The notes beneath the pieces are model-generated. The model was given only the letters and a program-made list of their open reading frames with translations. It searched no databases and was not told the origin of the DNA. DNA of 64,000 bases from Devosia sp. (lineage in GTDB: Bacteria > Pseudomonadota > Alphaproteobacteria > Rhizobiales > Devosiaceae). The DNA lies in contig NZ_JAQGJV010000020.1 of NCBI RefSeq assembly GCF_028290435.1, forward strand, positions 848 to 64,847. The letters run 5' to 3'. Of the stretch, positions 60,590 through 64,000 are shown piece by piece; the stretch's first letter is position 1, and the number at the start of each line of letters is the position of its first letter. Position numbers and translations under genes: made by a program.

Positions 60590-60825
60590 AACGCTCTTGG
60601 TTCGGTAATGTTGTCCCCACGGCTCTTCTAACCTAAGTCGGCCGTAGCATTTGCGCACCGGAATATTGAGGCATCTTCGTCGGCACGAATGGCACCAGGG
60701 AATGCCGGATCGAACTACTCATCAAGCGGCGTGAATCGGAGCACATACGTAACCCAGTGCACCTCACTTGACATAAATTGAATTTAATAATTCACTCCTA
60801 AAAGTAAATTTTATGGAGCGTCATC

Positions 60826-61299
60826 ATGAAAATCATGTCAGCTTGTCTTGCCATTATTGCGGCGTATTCTCTTGCAGCTTGCACAACCCAACGCGCATCA
60901 CCAACCCCAACTATTAGTTTGCAGGCCGCCTTAATAGATACTGCAGACAGCCTCAACGCACTTCGACAAAGAACAGCTTCAAGAGACCGATTTGGACTTG
61001 CTGTCGAGACTGTTACAGTCGAATTTAATGTAAGTTCCAAGGCAACAAATACCGCCAAGGCTGGACTTTCCACCAAGGATACCCCTTTGGGTGTGGGCGG
61101 CCTTCTTGGAATAGATGCCAGCAATGAGTTCGTCACTGACAATTCAGCGGGAAACAAAATCACTATTGTGCTGAGAAATCTTGCGACAATGGATAATAGT
61201 AAGGCCAATCCGGATCTTTATAGGGACTGCCGCCCCGGAGGAAATCCGGCGAATTGCTCATCGGTCCTCGGCAATGGTGGGCGGACCGTGGCGCAATGA
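60826..61299 (+). CDS. Low-GC lipoprotein, possible Trypco2-like fold
   Basis: Lipobox LAAC, RBS GGAG; helix followed by beta-strands (VETVTVEFNV..KITIVL). Confidence 0.65.
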   Translation: MKIMSACLAIIAAYSLAACTTQRASPTPTISLQAALIDTADSLNALRQRTASRDRFGLAVETVTVEFNVSSKATNTAKAGLSTKDTPLGVGGLLGIDASNEFVTDNSAGNKITIVLRNLATMDNSKANPDLYRDCRPGGNPANCSSVLGNGGRTVAQ

Positions 61300-61333
61300 A
61301 ACTAAAACGTAGGTGAAGAGCGGAGCGTTCCTA

Positions 61334-61392
61334 AACGGTCGAAATGGGGCGCTGAGCTGCCACGAACGACCGCATCGGGGTCGGAAGCGGCC
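61334..61392 (+). repeat. Tandem short repeats, copies B and C
   Basis: AACGGTCGAAATGGGGCGCTGAGCTGCC-acg-AACGACCGCATCGGGGTCGGAAGCGGCC. Confidence 0.5.
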
Positions 61393-61432
61393 ACCCTAAC
61401 TGGATCTACTTGGCGCCGACGCTTCGCCAGTG

Positions 61433-61710
61433 CTAATCCAGGTGTGAAGCCAACACACCCCATTCCGCCCGCCACAGTTGGCTGCTCTCGATTTCGATGG
61501 CGATGGCGTAATACCCGAAAGCCGTCGCATAGCTGTCGGCGAGCGGCACGGCAACGTCCATGGATGGGGCCCGTCCCAGCCAGGGGCCAGCTCCTCCCAA
61601 GCTGGCGGCGTCAACCGACCCGTCGTCACTCCGGAGTCGTCGGTGCGGACGACGAGCACGATCAAGCGCTCGTCGGGCTCATCGACCGTCAGAAGAAATC
61701 GCGGTCGCAC
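61433..61710 (-). pseudogene. Small hypothetical gene, one frameshift
   Basis: MRPRFLLTVDEPDERLIVLVVR..WDGP/MDVAVPLADSYATAFGYY..SHLD*; GTG abuts the upstream stop. Confidence 0.5.
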
Positions 61711-61974
61711 TCACTCCAGCTCCGGCACATCGCCGTGCTGGAACAGCACTATCGGCTCGCCGAAGACGCCATTCACCAAGTCGGCCGTGCGGGTCCAGGT
61801 GATGACACCGACATGGCGCCGGGCCATCTCCTTGGCCGTACGTATGGCGCTGGCCTCGTCGCGGATCTCGCGCGGCTCGAAGGAGGGCAGCAACTCGCCG
61901 TCTTCCCCCTTGTCAAATGCCAGCAGCACGATCAGTTTCTGCGGCGGTGTGGCCGGTTTCTCTCTGCGTTCCAT
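61711..61974 (-). CDS. Small hypothetical protein (87 aa)
   Basis: Intact ORF with RBS and protein-like composition; middle gene of the SOS-boxed operon. Confidence 0.65.
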   Translation of the reverse strand: MERREKPATPPQKLIVLLAFDKGEDGELLPSFEPREIRDEASAIRTAKEMARRHVGVITWTRTADLVNGVFGEPIVLFQHGDVPELE

Positions 61975-62401
61975 TTCTAGCTCTCAACGGAAACTCGGCC
62001 AGGGTCTCGTATGTCACGGCGTCTTGCGTCTTGCCGATCTCTTGGGCGATCCAGTGCAGGATGACCGCGGGGTACAGCACCTGGGGCCGCAGGTCGTCGG
62101 GCAGCTCCACAGTTACCGGGTCGAAATCGTCGCCGGCACCGAGGAACATCTCGACTTCGTCGGGCCGCGGTCCGTCGCAGTCAACGAATACCGGCAGTGG
62201 CTTCATGAGCTCGACTGCTTTTGGTGACAGCCAGATAGTGGATTTCTCACCTTCCTCGCTGCCGGCGTCGACATAGACCGCTGCGGCCGACCAGCTGGGC
62301 CCTTCCATGCGCGGAAAGACGGCGGCCTCGTAGCTATCGATCAGCTGTTCGGCGGCGTCCTAGATCGAGCGATCGCCTAAGTCCCAGCGCTTCCATCCCA
62401 T
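61913..62401 (-). pseudogene. Hypothetical acidic protein with premature TAG
   Basis: RBS GGAAGGAG, then ATG at 62401: MGWKRWDLGDRSI*DAAEQL.. in frame with ORF 61913..62308. Confidence 0.55.
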
Positions 62402-62434
62402 CTGATCTCTCCTTCCAAACGCAAGGACAAAATA

Positions 62435-62449
62435 GAACATAAAGAGAAC
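62435..62449 (-). promoter_or_regulatory. Second LexA (SOS) box
   Basis: GAAC-ataaaga-GAAC (GTTC-N7-GTTC on the minus strand) about 35 bp upstream of ATG 62401. Confidence 0.75.
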
Positions 62450-62476
62450 AAATGTCGAGTCCGATAGCGAACGGCA

Positions 62477-62672
62477 ATGGCACTATTCGATGGATCGAAC
62501 CATGAGCGAGCGACCTTGGGCGATGGCGACGATGAAGTCACCGGCGCTGGGCGGGCCACAGTGGTGCCGGCAGCCGTGGGCATCGGGGGCAGGAGCGGGT
62601 TCAAGACGAAGTTCGAGATGCGCTTGCCGCGATAGTACGACGCGGTGGCACGAGCCGCAGCACTGCAGGTAA
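62477..62672 (+). pseudogene. umuC: Second, degenerate umuC 3' end
   Basis: ALFDGSNHERA..GRATVVPAAVG..KTKFEMRLPR*/TTRWHE compared with ALFDGLNHERA..GRGTVVPAAIG..ATKFEMRSPRYTTRWDE in the first copy. Confidence 0.7.
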
Positions 62673-63126
62673 AAGTGGCGGAGGTCTGGGGGCTCGTCGG
62701 CGACCGGCGGCGCTGCGGCCGGCTTATTCCACGAAAAACATGCTTCACGTCACGTTAGTGCTTCCCGGCGCTGCCGTGGGCAGCTTTTGAAGGCTCTTCG
62801 AAGGGCTTAGAAAGGTCACCTACCTGACTTGCACATGTAGCGGGCATAGTTTCATCAAATGACCGTCTGGTAGCCACCGTGCGCCTAACACAGGCGGCGA
62901 CGTCGTTCCTGTTTCCTTCCGGATATGAAGACAGAGCAGCGCTCGTGCCTCATATCCCAGCTTCGGCGGTCAATCTTCGTCCCATCGCCGTTACGACCAG
63001 CTCGTTAATGCCCGGTTCGATGTCGAGTATCTTAGGCTGAGACAAGGAATTTCAATAACTTGGCCAGTATTGAGAGTCTTTTGAATATCTGCCACTCTTA
63101 CACTGAATACAGAGGGAGGATTTTTG

Positions 63127-64000
63127 ATGTCACTAAAAGAAATACACGAGGCAGTTGCGGCAGAATTTGGCGATAGAATCACACTTAGCTTCGACAAACA
63201 AGAATGGTTCCGGCTGGCGAAAGATGCAGCTGAGCAATCTTTGCAGTCAGTGACGTTGACGGACCTGTTCACACCGCTGGCTGAGCTAATGGCGGACGTC
63301 GAGTTTGACGCCAGCACCAGTCGTTTCGAGTTCTTTCCGCCGAACCAACTCACCAAGATGCGAGCGCGAAATATAACGGTCACGGTTTCCTTAAAGACTG
63401 CAGCGGGTCTAGGAAAAATTTCGAGTTATCTGATCGAGTACGCCGAGATCAATTTCGAGATCAACGTGGTCGACGGAAAAATCCTGCTTACCCCAACGCA
63501 GGATCAAACCTACCGGGCAAACCCGCCTGATCGAACCGATCCGTATCGTCAATCCCATCTCGACTACCTGCTTCAGCATGGGTGGACCCAAGCCAACTTG
63601 GATGACTTCACCAACGTAACCGAAATGTTCCTCGGTCACACACTTGGAGGTATGTACGTATCGGATGCTTTCGGTGGCATTTCAATTTTCGACCTAAGCG
63701 CTCTTTTTCCCGGTCTGAAGATGTCGGGGTCGTTCAATGTAAAAGGGCTGACGGTGTCCGCTACGGAGGAGATCGTCTGTTTCGCTCCCGATTTTTTCGA
63801 GAAACTAGAGCCGACTCCCTGTTCCTTGGAGATGGTGAAAGACAGTATCTATTCGGTTGCATCTCCTAACGCTCCTGGATCGAACTCCGGGAAAGTGCGG
63901 CTCAATAATCTCGGGCCAAAGATTTTCAGGGCGTATGAGGACAATCCGGTACTTCCGAATGCGGGGACAATCTATGCTTATGTGCCCAAAGGCGCCACCC
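63127..64000 (+). CDS. Unknown low-GC protein, 3'-partial (>291 aa)
   Basis: RBS GGGAGGA and ATG at 63127; manual translation stays open to the window end (MSLKEIHEAVAAEFGDRITLSF..). Absent from the ORF track. Confidence 0.7.
   Translation, partial: MSLKEIHEAVAAEFGDRITLSFDKQEWFRLAKDAAEQSLQSVTLTDLFTPLAELMADVEFDASTSRFEFFPPNQLTKMRARNITVTVSLKTAAGLGKISSYLIEYAEINFEINVVDGKILLTPTQDQTYRANPPDRTDPYRQSHLDYLLQHGWTQANLDDFTNVTEMFLGHTLGGMYVSDAFGGISIFDLSALFPGLKMSGSFNVKGLTVSATEEIVCFAPDFFEKLEPTPCSLEMVKDSIYSVASPNAPGSNSGKVRLNNLGPKIFRAYEDNPVLPNAGTIYAYVPKGAT

Noticed and set aside
60550-61400. Integron cassette (attC)
   Set aside because: No RYYYAAC/GTTRRRY core pair with proper arms and no intI; kept only as cassette-like repeats.
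61461-61476. TGTGGCGGGCGGAATG on the minus strand as a Tn7/Mu-like end
   Set aside because: It lies within the reading frame (LWRAEW) of the small pseudogene, with no repeated binding sites.
62887-62894. AACACAGG as the Mu right end plus target duplication
   Set aside because: It gives only a 4-bp match (CAGG) after ACA, and there is no inverted GACACTT site nearby; probably chance.
62690-62990. Non-coding stretch with CTTCGAAGGGC resembling CTTCAAGGGC in the left-end region
   Set aside because: The match is too short to support a terminal repeat or a structured RNA without computation.
62991-63383. Minus-strand 130-aa ORF
   Set aside because: Shadow of the plus-strand ORF starting at 63127, which has a clear RBS.
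1-64000. CRISPR arrays, tRNA or rRNA genes
   Set aside because: No regularly spaced repeats or cloverleaf/rRNA signatures were seen by eye in the intergenic regions; a tRNAscan/Infernal run would be definitive.

Overview
GC-rich alphaproteobacterial chromosome, Rhizobiales/Devosia-like by gene content and LexA-box type (inference). Positions 1-52.2 kb are intact catabolic and transport loci. They include: (i) an alginate locus with AlgQ/M1/M2/S-like ABC transporter, PL15 Atu3025-like oligoalginate lyase, SDR reductase and GntR, extended by an SGNH esterase, a 2-hydroxyacid dehydrogenase and a TIM-barrel enzyme; (ii) an RpiR-controlled oxidoreductase/ABC cluster with IolR-type operators; (iii) TetR-emrAB; (iv) an SLC5-histidine kinase, a receiver protein, a RamB-like regulator and a LIV-type ABC transporter; (v) a GH127 operon; (vi) hyi, a CHASE2 adenylate cyclase and AraC; (vii) a lacEFGK-like transporter with a Gfo/Idh/MocA-aldo/keto reductase fusion. 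From about 52,225 to the window end is an accessory region. It opens with a collapsed Mu-like prophage: candidate left end with repeated binding sites, a frameshifted repressor facing an intact paralogous Cro-like gene, and a truncated transposase joined to terminase and MuF fragments. Lower-GC cargo follows: a candidate HEPN-type protein and an ABC-ATPase-TOPRIM (OLD/DUF4435-like) protein, the best candidate for an undescribed defence pair. After these come an SOS-boxed umuD with an internally deleted umuC, a repeat-flanked lipoprotein, a second SOS-boxed small-gene operon, a second umuC relic, and an unknown ORF running off the end. No rRNA, tRNA or CRISPR array was seen. All homology calls come from motif reading and recall, not from database searches.
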